The notes: generated by a model not told the origin, from the letters alone. Positions 49,206 through 61,720 are shown, numbered from the whole stretch's first letter. The stretch is 62,910 bases of DNA, filler included, from Globobulimina sp. (GCA_003354225.1; 54 parts of 54 records of this genome joined end to end with filler, not necessarily neighbours in it); one strand, 5' to 3'. Numbers and translations: made by a program.

Positions 49206-50060
49206 TTATTCATCAAATGCATGCAAAATATCAGAAGTTCTCAATTCATTATGCGTCTCATCGATAGTTTGTCCGGTTCGTATAATACCATCCCTTAAAA
49301 ACGGATTCTCCGTATCCGTACCCGCCATATCATCAACATCTGGTTGCATAGCATCATCCTCATCAAATACGTTAATTAACGCTTGCGTAGAATCGACTGT
49401 ACTCTCCGCATTATCTCCGGCCATATCCTGATCCTCTCCGACATCCACACTCGCAGATGCTACGGATGTTGGTGCTTTTAACTTCGTTCTAGATCTCCTT
49501 TTGTGATCCCTCTCTTCCTTTTTCCTTTTAGCCTACAAATAAACATCACAGCATATAAAATAAAATATGAGTGCGAGGATAACAAAATAAAATAAAATAA
49601 CCTGTTTTGCAACCTGCGCTTGATGTATTTTATTTTGCTTATAACTGTCGTACGCCATCCCAGTGGGCACATATGGCTGCAACGATATGCCTTCATCGTG
49701 CGTATGCTTTTTCGCTTTACGTTTCTGATAACATACAAAACATATAATACATATTGGGAATACCAACAGAGCAGCACCGATGGCCACAAATTCACTCACA
49801 CTGAAGTCAGCCAACAGTGTTTTGCTTTTACTGCCGGTGGCTTCTCCACTATCTGTGGTCTCCGTGCTGGTGGTTATAGTCACAACGCATTCATTACCAC
49901 TCTCAATCGCTGTCAATAAAATGCCACTCGTTGAATCCACCACGTTCCAGTCACTACATTGGGTTGGATTGTAATACAGATTTTGTTGGTTATTATTGTT
50001 ATCTGCACAGCGCGCATAAACAATATCAGCTTTGCTCACAATCCAAGCATCCGCAACTTG
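49206..50060 (-). CDS. Type I membrane protein, 3' exons
   Basis: TM VAIGAALLVFPICIICFVCY plus QKRK, and an acidic tail in the next exon. Confidence 0.55.
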
Positions 50061-50422
50061 CGAATATAATATAGAATACATATCNNNNNNNNNNNNNNNN
50101 NNNNNNNNNNNNNNNNNNNNNNNNNNNNTTAATTAATTAANNNNNNNNNNNNNNNNNNNNNNNNNNNNNNNNNNNNNNNNNNNNGGGAAGATCTTTGCCA
50201 GTCATAAGCAGATGACTTTGTGTTACTTTGTGCACAGATACTGACAGAATTTTCCCTGACATAGGTACAAAGAAGCAACGGATCTTTGCTGTACAGGACA
50301 TATCAAAAGCGAAATCTGGCAAAAGTTTTAAAATCCTCGAAATGACCACGAAATTGATAATATTTTGCCAAAAATTCATTAAGTTTTCCTGCAAAAACGA
50401 ATTGATAATTTCAAAGGCATGT

Positions 50423-50540
50423 TCCCAGTTGAGCGGTTCCCAGATGAGCGGTTCCCACTTGAGCGGTAATTAAGCCTTCCCAGTTGAGCGGTGTCCCAGT
50501 TGAGCGGTGTCCCAGATGGGCGGTGTCCCAGTTGAGCGGT
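50423..50540 (+). repeat. 15/16-bp tandem repeat TCCCAGTTGAGCGGT(G), 3+4 copies; likely transposon subterminal repeats
   Basis: Two arrays at 50423-50467 and 50478-50540. Confidence 0.9.
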
Positions 50541-50829
50541 TATTATTATTATTATTTAAAAAGTTAAATATCTTTAATAAACATTGACATCAATCAAATC
50601 TGACGTATTGTTAATCGTTTTACGAACAGGAGCAGAGGGCTACTGTTACAAGTGGTACTTGGTGACCATCAGTCACAAAAATTGACACACCAGCAGCCCG
50701 CATACATATGGTATTACGTATTGTCCATCTCTGTGTAATTTCTTTGCAACACATGTTTTCTAAAATCGGCCATCGGCCATTCGGGTACCTAAAAGGTCGT
50801 CCGTGCGAGTCTGTAATCTACTGCTAATT

Positions 50830-51190
50830 ATGACCACTTTGGCTGAGTACTGGGCAAATATAGATTGGACGTTGGTCGTGCCCTTTCAAACGACAAAAGG
50901 TCATCCAGGTTGCGCATATCAGGGCAAAATCTACCGTATTGATGAGGCTAAACCCGATTATGGTTGGATTCGATGGAGATATTTGACAAAAGGTTACAAG
51001 GGAAAGCTTCAGATGAACGCCGACAGAGAAAATCCAGTTTTGGGTCTTAAAGGGGCATATGGTCATCATACAATGTATTTGTAATACTGCACCAGAAAAG
51101 GTAAAAATTAGAAAACTGGAAACTGCTCTAAGAAAAAAAGCCCAAGCTGATGAGACTTCGACAATTCCAGGACTTTACACCCAAGCTTGT
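50830..51190 (+). pseudogene. Degenerate FLYWCH-type (MULE transposase-like) N-terminal domain
   Basis: TTKGHP..YQGKIYR..IRWRYLTKGYKGKL..GHH. Tyr stands where FLYWCH has Cys, and there is a frameshift near 51070. Confidence 0.5.
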
Positions 51191-51350
51191 AAGTACATTT
51201 TTATTTATCATTTGTGTTTACATGTGTTCGCCAGGATAGTGGGTTAGCCTNNNNNNNNNNNNNNNNNNNNNNNNNNNNNNNNNNNNNNNNNNNNTTAATT
51301 AATTAANNNNNNNNNNNNNNNNNNNNNNNNNNNNNNNNNNNNNNNNNNNN

Positions 51351-52416
51351 TAAAATTTGAGGAAGTTCATCCGGATAATATAGATTTGTTACAATGCGCA
51401 GTATATATCATTCACCAACAATTACCAAACATGCCAACAGAATATGTACAGATATTAATCTGCCAAAAGTCACTCAATTATAATACGTTGCTGGTGCAGT
51501 TGCAACATGCAAAGAAAAATAAAGACCACCAAACTGTTGGATGTATCACATATCGTTTATACCCACAATGGAATTTTGCGGAATTAGCTTTTTGTTGTAT
51601 TTCAACGCAACATCAAGGCAAAGGATATGGTTCCCAATGTATGCAAGAATTTGTGTCAAAATTAAAACAATATGACATTCAATATGCCATCGCCTGCGCG
51701 GACGACGACGCTGTTCATTTCGTGGAGAAACAAGGCTTCGAAATGTGTCCACCTCACTTAGACAGAGAGGTATGGTATCCGCGCATTTATCATTACCAAG
51801 GCGGCTGTATCATGTCTGTGGACACAACAAAAGTTGACGCAAAATTGCAATATAAATCAAAAAACACTAAAAACACCAATTTGAAGAATAAAATGCGGTT
51901 TCAATCATGTTTTGACACCAATTCATTTCAAAGCAAATATGCTATAAATTCACCACCAAAAATTGTTACAAATATTAATTTAAACTCCGCCGAATACCGA
52001 GGTTTGTCTCCGACATCGCGCATGACGCCAAGCGCAAATTGGAGAGCTACACTTTCTGTGAAAAGAGGCAGGAAAAGAAAGAAAATATCATCGCCGTCAT
52101 GTGAATCAACAGCAAATAAAATCAAATCACCGCCACGCAAAAAACGAAAAGCAAACAATTTGCAAATGGCGCAAATTATGGATACTATAGAAAAACGAGA
52201 ACGATATGAAATCTCCGAAATCGAGCAGTATGATCCAAATAAAACGCATTATCACGCCACTCGATTGTCGCAGAAACTGCATTTGCAAAATCATTGCGTT
52301 GCTATAAAACTAAAATATAAGCATTGCGGGAATAAGTATAGATTGCCGTCGTTTGCATGGGAGGGAGTCACCGGTTTTATAGAACGGGAATGTTTGAATA
52401 ACACAAACATGGATGA
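51351..52416 (+). CDS. GCN5-like GNAT acetyltransferase domain plus a basic C-terminal region, partial
   Basis: VGCITYRLY..FAELAFCCI..QGKGYGS..ADDDAVHFVEKQGF..IYHYQGGCIM. Confidence 0.85.
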
Positions 52417-52516
52417 NNNNNNNNNNNNNNNNNNNNNNNNNNNNNNNNNNNNNNNNNNNNTTAATTAATTAANNNNNNNNNNNNNNNNNNNNNNNNNNNN
52501 NNNNNNNNNNNNNNNN

Positions 52517-53582
52517 GGGCTTACCACCACAACCAGCTCAAACTCAACCAAATATTGACATAACAAACCAGATAAATAATATGAATACCAATGCAAATAA
52601 CAAAAATGAAAATGACATTGACAACATTGACGACATTGACATCACAAATATGCCAAAAACAACCATAAACGCCGCCTGTATATGCGGTGCTAAATTATTA
52701 AAAAACATAACCTCCGATGCATACATATATTGTGACGGTTGTAACGAATTAATGCAAAAAGGTGCTGTGGTATATACCTGTCCAAAGGATACAGAACCAT
52801 TACAACATCGCAGTGGCTATGATCTCTGTCCACAATGTGCCAAACACAATAAATCCTCACCACCGCAAAAAACACAATCACCGCAACCAATACCAACTCA
52901 TACAAATAACACCACAGAAGTCACAGAAGTCACACAACTTGCTACAACATCACAAAATAACTACAACACACAAAATGTATACAATCCCCTGGCACAAATG
53001 ATGAATATGGCCACAAATATGAACGTGGCCACAAATATGAACTGCGCCCAACAACCTGTACAGAATGGATATAAACCACATAATGCGGACATATATTATG
53101 AATGGGAATGGTCCTCCCATGGTGGCTCCCGTTGGAATAAATATAATGCAGATATCAACGACATATTAAATAATAAGTTGGATGTTGGCAAAACAATACA
53201 GATTAAAATCCGCGACAATATATATAACATAACCAAATATGATGACGGCACCGCCATTCAAAAGAATCCCAAATTCGGCAAGACCCGCAAGGTTCGACGC
53301 GTTGAATTGAACAGAAAGTACGAGAATGACGGTAATAAACACGAGTCGGGCATACAGAGAATTATTGAGGTGTTGGGGTGTAATTATGAAGCGGCACAAT
53401 GTGCGTATAAGTGTTGTCATAATAAGGCGGAAGCTGCTATTAATTATTTATTAGAGAGGAAGCATGCAAATGGCGATGCTAATCAGCAGACAGTTGTTGC
53501 TGTGCAGGATGATAATAATAATAATATGCAACACACCGTGATGCAGCATGTGCAGAATAATAATATGTTTGGGGTAGGTGGT
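52517..53582 (+). CDS. ZZ-like, WWE and UBA domain protein, partial
   Basis: ACICG..CDGC..YTCP..HRSGYDLCPQC. EWEW..WNKY..QKNPKFGKTRKVRR (WWE). IQRIIEVLG..AAINYLL (UBA). Confidence 0.75.
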
Positions 53583-53682
53583 NNNNNNNNNNNNNNNNNN
53601 NNNNNNNNNNNNNNNNNNNNNNNNNNTTAATTAATTAANNNNNNNNNNNNNNNNNNNNNNNNNNNNNNNNNNNNNNNNNNNN

Positions 53683-54393
53683 CATTTTTTAAATGGAGCA
53701 TGTTTGGAATTACCCGATATTTTACCAAATATTTTGATTTTAGGATGTACGCTTTGGGTTAAATTTGATGATAAATATTCAAAAAAAGCAATGGAACAAA
53801 TTAATGATTATACGTATATTTCAACAGACAGCAACAAAACAAAAGCATTGCGAGTCTCAGATACAAATAAGTTATACGATCAACACTTATCTTTCATAAT
53901 GGAACACTGTGAAAAAGCAGCAGCGAACAATAAAAAAGTTATAGTATTAACGCACCATTCACCAACAGATTACAAATGTATTAATCCAAATTATTTCAAT
54001 GAAATTAGTTATTTGATGAACTTCACAAACATTGAACATTTATTACAACCACCAATTATTGCGTGGCTTTTTGGTCACACTCATTTTAATATGGATTTAG
54101 TGGTTAAATGTGACTTAAAACTAATGAGAGATTCCGAAAACGAATTGAGTGACAATCAAGAAAAAGAGTCTAGGAAGCAACCAGTGACAATCAAGGATAT
54201 TTGGTATGTTCGATTAGGAAGCAACCAGCAAGGATACCTTCATAGAGGTATCTGTGATGGATATGTATTACAGAAAGTCATTCAATTTCCAATTGAAGTG
54301 GTGGAGGATAATGAAATAGAAATTATTGATTATTCCAGATTGGTTACATTGCCATTTGTGAAAAGACTAAATAATATATCCAGTTTTGAGTGA
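53683..54393 (+). CDS. Calcineurin-like metallophosphoesterase, C-terminal part
   Basis: ILGCTLW, VIVLTHHSP, WLFGHTH and SNQQGY. Confidence 0.85.
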   Translation, partial: HFLNGACLELPDILPNILILGCTLWVKFDDKYSKKAMEQINDYTYISTDSNKTKALRVSDTNKLYDQHLSFIMEHCEKAAANNKKVIVLTHHSPTDYKCINPNYFNEISYLMNFTNIEHLLQPPIIAWLFGHTHFNMDLVVKCDLKLMRDSENELSDNQEKESRKQPVTIKDIWYVRLGSNQQGYLHRGICDGYVLQKVIQFPIEVVEDNEIEIIDYSRLVTLPFVKRLNNISSFE

Positions 54394-54848
54394 CAATAAA
54401 AGTCCGAATGGTTTGCATTTTTTAAATTAACTCTTCCAGTCAATCTACAAAAATCCTCATGAAAAACCATCGAAATCTGATTGGTAGCAGGTTTACACTT
54501 TAAATTAATAATATCTATATTAATAAAAAAATAGTAATTCGACCAACCACACAAATACAGTGTTGTATAAAAATAATAACATGATAATAGGTTGGGATTA
54601 TAAGATAAAAAAAACACACACACACAAATACATTACAAACTAAAAATATCAATCACTATCATCAGCAACCGGTGAATTTGGTGAAATTGCTTGAGGTGTC
54701 ATAGTTGTTGATTTTATGGACAATTCATTATGTACTACAGTCCTGATCNNNNNNNNNNNNNNNNNNNNNNNNNNNNNNNNNNNNNNNNNNNNTTAATTAA
54801 TTAANNNNNNNNNNNNNNNNNNNNNNNNNNNNNNNNNNNNNNNNNNNN

Positions 54849-55022
54849 CATGACACATTTGATCGGATCGCAGCCGAAGCCTCCAATATTGTCAAATATA
54901 ATAAAAAAGCCACAATGGACGCAAGAGCAGTTCAATGTGCCTGCAAATTAGTATTACCAGGCGAGCTATCAAAACATGCTGAAACTGAAGCAAGCAAAGC
55001 AGTCAACAAATATGCACAATAA
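54849..55022 (+). CDS. H2B: Histone H2B, C-terminal part
   Basis: Manual translation HDTFDRIAAEASNIVKYNKKATMDARAVQCACKLVLPGELSKHAETEASKAVNKYAQ*. Confidence 0.95.
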   Translation, partial: HDTFDRIAAEASNIVKYNKKATMDARAVQCACKLVLPGELSKHAETEASKAVNKYAQ

Positions 55023-55071
55023 ATTATTTGTTCAATCAATCAATTATTTAATTATTTTTTATTTTTTACCA

Positions 55072-55087
55072 GGTGTTTTTCAACACC
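55072..55087 (+). promoter_or_regulatory. Histone mRNA 3' stem-loop
   Basis: GGTGTT-TTTC-AACACC (6-bp stem, 4-nt loop) followed by ACCA, ~50 nt after the H2B stop. Confidence 0.88.
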
Positions 55088-55558
55088 ACCAATAAAGCAA
55101 TAAAATATTAATTAAACAATTATTAAATGTCATCCAAGGATTAATTGTTTATTTATTTATTTATTTAATGTTAATTTCTAGGTTTTCACTTAAGTCACAC
55201 TTCAAAGTTCAAACATCAGAAACAATCACAAACCAAGGCATGAGTCATTCAACTTTATTATGTAGCGATAAATGGATCGGATAAATGCTACTAGTAATCC
55301 AAACTTAATTATATTCTGACATCGCTCACATGAATAGAATAGAATAGAATAAAATAAAATAAAATGACGTGAATATTGTGAATATTGTGAATGGTGAATA
55401 GCCAATAATTTTTAATGGAGAATATCTGCGTGAAAAGGAAAACTGAATCGATTTTTTAGCTTTTCAACAACAACAAACGATCAAACCTTCACCAAATCAA
55501 CAACAAACCTTCACCTTCGCTTTAATAATTTATTAATTGTTGATATTATATATTAAAA

Positions 55559-55914
55559 ATGGCCAGAACCAAACAAACAGCGCGAAAATCGACTGGTGGT
55601 AAAGCACCAAGAAAACAGTTAGCAACCAAAGCAGCGCGAAAATCAGCGCCAGCAACCGGAGGAGTTAAGAAAACACATAGATTCCGTCCAGGAACCGTTG
55701 CTTTGAGAGAGATCCGCAGATATCAGAAATCAACGGAATTATTATTGAGAAAATTGCCATTTCAGAGATTGGTGAGAGAGATTGCTGGTGATTTTAAAAA
55801 TGATTTGCGCTTTCAAGCAACTGCCATCATTGCATTACAAGAAGCCACCGAGGCATATATGGTGTCAATGTTTGAAGATACCAATTTGGCCGCAATCCAC
55901 GCCAAACGCGTTAC
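55559..55914 (+). CDS. H3: Histone H3, intronless, 3' truncated
   Basis: [38 protein letters not shown]...IHAKRV. Confidence 0.98.
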
Positions 55915-56067
55915 NNNNNNNNNNNNNNNNNNNNNNNNNNNNNNNNNNNNNNNNNNNNTTAATTAATTAANNNNNNNNNNNNNNNNNNNNNNNNNNNNNN
56001 NNNNNNNNNNNNNNACTATAACTGAACTAAACTGAAGCAAATAAATAAATTAAACAATGTAAATTAG

Positions 56068-57080
56068 ACAAGGCGGTAAGAAGCGAGGCAAAGCGCAATA
56101 TGCTGGCGGTTTGGTATTGGAACCAATCAAAGGTTTATATGACAAATATGTCATTTGTTTGGATTTTAACAGTTTATATCCATCCATTATACAAGAATAT
56201 AATTTATGTTTTACTTCGACCCAACATTGGAAATACGAGAAGAATAAAAATAAAAAAGCCGACGAAAAAGAGGAGGAAAAGGAGGAAGATCCAATATCAT
56301 CAATGCGGGCATCCATCAGTGCGGAAACTGGCATCTTGCCCAAAGTAATCGGTGTGTTACTAAATCGTCGTTCCACAGTCAAGAAATTATTGAAGCAAAC
56401 CAGCGTAGAATCAGACAAAAAGAGGTTGGACATTCAACAAAAAGCACTCAAATTAGTGGCCAATTCCATGTATGGCTGTTTAGGTTTTTCTTACGGCCGC
56501 TTTTACTGCCAACCCATTGCTGCGTTGATCACCGCCTTAGGCCGCGAGTCATTGATGAAAGCCGCGGAAATCGCCTCTTCCATCGGCAATTTGAAGGTGA
56601 TTTACGGCGACACCGACTCCATATTCATCTACACCGATTGTGACAATTTGATCCGAGCCAGGAACTTTGCCAAGGAAATCAAGAAAAAAGTCAACAAAAC
56701 CTACAACAAAATGTACTTAGAATTGGATTATGTGTTTAGTAAAATGCTGTTGCTGCGGAAGAAGAAATATGCGGCAAATAAAGTGGTCTCCTTTGATACG
56801 GTCAAGAACGGCCAGGAAGCGGTCAACATTGTGACCAAGAAAGAGATCAAAGGCTTGGATTTGGTGCGGAGAGATTGGAGCATTATCTCCAAAGAGGTTG
56901 GAAAAGACGTATTGGACATTATATTGTCGCGGGAAGCCAAATATTCTCAAATCGATGACATTATCATCGGGATACAAGAGTTGTTGACCAATACTCGAAC
57001 GTTGTTTGACGAGAATAAAATCGAGTTAAATAAGTTTAAAATCACGAAAAAGCTGACTCGACAGCCCAAAGACTATACGG
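56068..57080 (+). CDS. POLA1: DNA polymerase alpha catalytic subunit, polymerase domain
   Basis: YAGGLVLEP, LDFNSLYPSIIQEYNLCF, QKALKLVANSMYGCLGF, YGDTDS and KGLDLVRRDWS. Confidence 0.95.
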
Positions 57081-57596
57081 NNNNNNNNNNNNNNNNNNNN
57101 NNNNNNNNNNNNNNNNNNNNNNNNTTAATTAATTAANNNNNNNNNNNNNNNNNNNNNNNNNNNNNNNNNNNNNNNNNNNNTTGCCATAATCACTTTCTTT
57201 TACATGAGGTGCTGGATAAAAACTTACTGAATTACCATCAGCATTTACTTCAAATTTGCATTCATGTTTGTAAACCTCAACAACTTCTTTGCGAAACTCT
57301 TTTAGCTCATCTTCTGATAATTTGGGGATATTATATTTGAACTCTTCATAGGTTTCTGGTTCTGTTTCCGTTTCTTTCTTGTCGTCTCTTGAAATTGCGT
57401 CGCCCATACTTGGTACTGGTCTATGCAACAAAATGGAAATGCAAAATGTGAGGAAAGTGCAAAGTGGGTTTTTAGTTTTTAAGTTTTTGGAGAATTATAT
57501 AAATAAACCACAGTATTCTTATTTGATGTAATATGGAAATTATTTGATTATGATAATTTTTATACTTTTTTATAAATAGCAAATCTAACTAAAGAT

Positions 57597-58246
57597 ATGA
57601 CCAACGACATCGAAACAGGTCGATACAATCAACACGCAAAGATACATAATAATGATAGACATCACCCAATGAGCTCATACCTGCGTATCATATGCATTGT
57701 AATTACATTCATTGGATTGGCAAATTTGATATTTTATTGCACATTTTATTCTCATTCACATGATTTAAACAACTCAAATTCGAGAAATTTATTAATCACA
57801 AAACAGGAAATAGAAATGACAAAATTTGTACATAGCATTGATCCGAGACATACTGTGCCAGTTATTTCTGATGATGGGTCCACGGAGATGTCGCAGAAAT
57901 ATGTTGGTCGAAATTACAGAGTGTTTTTCAATGATATTATCTGGAAAATGTCTGCAAAAAATCAAGTGTGTACAGTACTACATGATTTAGGCACATTATT
58001 ATCAACATTAAACACAAAATATAAAATAATTTATAAAAATTTAAAATTGGAGAATCTTTTGATTGAATGGAATGAGAATGAGAATGAACATCAAAAATTT
58101 GAAATAAAATTGATTGGTTTCGCACTAGCACAGGAGTTTAAATCGGAGTTTATTGATGATTTTCGTTTTAAGGAAGGTTCTGATGAAACAATTACTTCTC
58201 TCCAAAGTTTTGATGGTGACAATAATGTCAAAGCAAACTATTTAAA
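57597..58246 (+). CDS. TM-anchored pseudokinase-like protein, partial
   Basis: TM helix, then IIYKNLKLENLLI (HRD replaced) and IKLIGFALA (DFG replaced). Confidence 0.55.
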
Positions 58247-58346
58247 NNNNNNNNNNNNNNNNNNNNNNNNNNNNNNNNNNNNNNNNNNNNTTAATTAATT
58301 AANNNNNNNNNNNNNNNNNNNNNNNNNNNNNNNNNNNNNNNNNNNN

Positions 58347-59406
58347 GCATTGACATTGGGCATATCGCGCGTTGTCATTGTAGTCAATAAAATGGATACA
58401 ATGCAATGGAGCAAGGACAGATATGATGACATTAAAAATCGAGTCACTGCCTTTTTATTTGAAACCGGATTCAAAAAAAAATATATCGATGTTTTACCAA
58501 TTTCTGGGCAGACTGCCACAAATATTAAAACCAAGGTAACCAAAGATATTTGTTCATGGTATAACGGTAATACATTAATCCAGAAATTGGATTCTTTGAA
58601 AAAAGTAAAACGAGCCACTGGCGATGTATTAAGGTATATAAATATATTCAATTTCTGTTTGAAACTAACTTTTTTTTGGTTTTTGTTGTTGGAGAATTCC
58701 AATATTGGATCGATACAAAGGGGACAAAGGATTGCAAGCAATCGGAAAAGTTGAAGCCGGCATCCTGAAAAAAGGTGATTCCGTAATGATAATGCCGACG
58801 GAAGTAAGCGCAGTGATTATTGGATTGGCCATCGATGACGAACCAGTGGACAGTGTCGGTGCGGGCGAAAATATATTAATTACGTTTGACAAAGGCGCGT
58901 TGAGTATGGATCAGATATATGGCGGCTGTGTGATATGTTCGTTGCGCCATCCAACTAAAATTGTGGAGACCTTTATAGCTGAAATATATATCCATGAGAT
59001 ACCTGGGGGAGGTATTTTGTTTTTATTTTTTGGTTTAGTTTGTTTGTGGATATAATAGATATAATAAATAGGGATAATGACGAAAGGATATCAAGCGATG
59101 TTCCATTCACATAATATTTCGACATTGTGCGAGATTGTAGATATTCCGCATAAATTACATAAGAAAACAAGGAAACGCAGTAAAGCGCCACCGTCTTTTT
59201 TGAGAGGACGGGATTCAGCCATTGTAAAAATCAAATTAGATAAAAAAAATGCATTGGAACCATTTGAGGATTGCGGGGCTTTGGGAAGGTTTACATTGAG
59301 AGATAGCGGTAAGACGGTTGTTATTGGCAAAATTATCCAAGTGATTGCATCGAAATCAAGGTTAAAGAATAAAGGTACAAAGGAATACAAATTTGATAAA
59401 TATTAA
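58347..59406 (+). CDS. SUP35: Eukaryotic release factor 3 (translational GTPase), C-terminal part; introns 58634-58694 and 59012-59071
   Basis: VNKMD, PISG, GKVEAG, KKTRKRSKAPPSF and LGRFTLRDSGKTVVIGKI. Confidence 0.85.
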
Positions 59407-59512
59407 ATGGATNNNNNNNNNNNNNNNNNNNNNNNNNNNNNNNNNNNNNNNNNNNNTTAATTAATTAANNNNNNNNNNNNNNNNNNNNNNNNNNNNNNNN
59501 NNNNNNNNNNNN

Positions 59513-59932
59513 ATACGAATATTAATACCATTTTGCATGTCCGTATGTTCCTAAGTTTACAAATAATCCAATAAATGAGGCATACACCATTTTTCTGGCA
59601 TATGTGCGGAGAGCGAGTGACTGGGACTTTATGCCATTTAGTGAGGCTAAACTTTGTCGAAACATATAACGTCTAAAAATAAATGATGTTCCCATCAAAA
59701 TCACTGTAGATAAAGCAGAAAAGACAATGACTGTTGTTAAAGATATTCCAAATATATATGCTAATTCTTCGTGATCAATAAAAATAGATTCATCTGATTC
59801 CACCATTAAAGTAATTGAAAATCCAAATACGAGCGTAGAAACTAATGAAAGTGTATTTTGTTCTTCAACTTTATTTTCATATAACTTTATCGCTGGTTTC
59901 TTCATTTGTGAACTGCCTCTATTATGGCTCAT
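59513..59932 (-). CDS. Orai-like multi-TM protein, partial
   Basis: STLVFGFSITLMVE parallels Orai TM1 SALLSGFAMVAMVE, and further TMs follow. Confidence 0.45.
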
Positions 59933-59999
59933 GGCGTTTGCTGGTATATGCTAGTTGACATTGAAAAACATTAAAAAACCTCAAACTTACTGTGCGACC

Positions 60000-60578
60000 A
60001 TGACAGCCGCGGATTGGGATGAAATTGGCGACCGTCATTATCGTAAACGTGAGATCTATACCGACCTACGTTGGGTTGATGAAGACGGCAAAGAATTGAA
60101 CCTAAACGATCATGTCGTTGTAGGTAAACACTTTCATGCATGCATAAACAAACAAACACAAAAACACAACACCCAAAAGGCTGTCCATTCGGTGGTCCCA
60201 TCGCGATGGTTGGAGATGAACGAAAACGCTCTCAATTGCAGGTCATGGAGGACATCTCCTTTATGCGTGTATTCACTTCCTCCGCCAGCTTAATCTCCGT
60301 ATTCCGCTGGAAACACCGTGGCTTAATCAAATTGGGCTGGAGCGAAGAAGAACATTTGGTCGTAGTGCTGGAAGACGCCACCATAATAATCTACGACATT
60401 CACGGCAAACAGCTTCGTTGGTTCAGTATGGGTCAAGAATGCAGCGATGCGCATATCGCAGACGCCCATATTTGGTCCACCGGTCTCGTCGTACGTACTG
60501 CCGGCGATTATTTCCAATTTTGGGCTATTATGTCGTTATTAGATGCAGAATGTGAGCCGTTCTCATTATGTAACCCGA
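60000..60578 (+). CDS. VPS16: HOPS/CORVET subunit Vps16, N-terminus; intron 60124-60179
   Basis: WDEIGDRHYRKREIY..W..|GCPFGGPIAM..LGWSEEEHLVVV. Confidence 0.92.
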
Positions 60579-60975
60579 NNNNNNNNNNNNNNNNNNNNNN
60601 NNNNNNNNNNNNNNNNNNNNNNTTAATTAATTAANNNNNNNNNNNNNNNNNNNNNNNNNNNNNNNNNNNNNNNNNNNNCGGAAGTGGTGGATAAAAGTAT
60701 CGCAGAATTGGATCCTTGTTTCATTAATAATTCAACTTCCGAACCTCTCAAACCTCTGACTTTAATGCATTTCTTTCAGTTTCAGTCGGGTCAGCTGGAT
60801 AATGATAACCATGTTCCAGAACGTCTTGTAATCATAAATGATGGGCTTTATATAAATCCCAATCTGACATTGTTGTATAACTTGTATTTGCCCTTCATTG
60901 TTTTAAAAAAAGTAAAACAAATCATAACGTACAGTTTGGATTGAAACAGTTAGAAAAATATACAAAAAAAGGATG

Positions 60976-61720
60976 TCAGTTAAAAATAGATTTTGGATGT
61001 CTTATTTGTTGATGTTGATGTGCCTCATACTGATTATAAGTATGATTATTATTATTACTGTTATTATTATTATTATTATTACTAAAATAATTGTCAGGAA
61101 TTAAAGTTGGCATTGGCATTAATGGCATAGTATTCATATTATTTCTATTTCTATTCGTATTTATATTGATATTATTTATATGTTTTGTGTTTTGTGGGAC
61201 AGATATTGTGATTACAGCTGTAGATTTAGCACAATTTACACACAAATCATAACCAATTGTATCTTTATGTTCTTTTGCATTATTTGATGGACAGTGAAAT
61301 ATAAATGTATCATTTGATACAATTAATGATTTGTTACATTTATCACAAAGAAATTCTTGAACATCCATCAAAAATGCTGCATTTTGAGTTGTCATTGGAT
61401 TTAATATATTGTTACATATGCATTTGGCGGCTATTTGTTTCAATTGATTCAAATTTAAATTATTATTCATCTCATTCTGTTATATTATATACGCATTTTC
61501 GCGTTTAATTATTATATTATATTATTTATATATAATTAAAAACATACCGCTACAATTTGTGAACAATGTTCTTCATCAAAGTTAAAATTTGGTGGATCAG
61601 GGATTGACATTAAAGGCTCTTCGTTTGCTTTTTGTAGATCAACATGCCCATTATTTAATTTTCTTCGTTTTGTAACTGGTTCTTGTCCATTATTATTATT
61701 ATTATTATTATTTATTTGTT
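60976..61720 (-). CDS. Asn-rich protein with a ZZ-like module, spliced, partial
   Basis: KCICNNIL..CDKC..FHCP..HKDTIGYDLCVNC. The upstream exon reads NGQEPVTKRRKL. Confidence 0.6.

Noticed and set aside
50423-50540. CRISPR array
   Set aside because: The units are 15-16 bp and contiguous, with no unique spacers and no cas genes.
56068-57080. Viral or Polinton family B polymerase
   Set aside because: The motifs are specifically Pol alpha (SIIQEYN.CF, ANSMYGCLG), and it is preceded by a spliceosomal-type acceptor.
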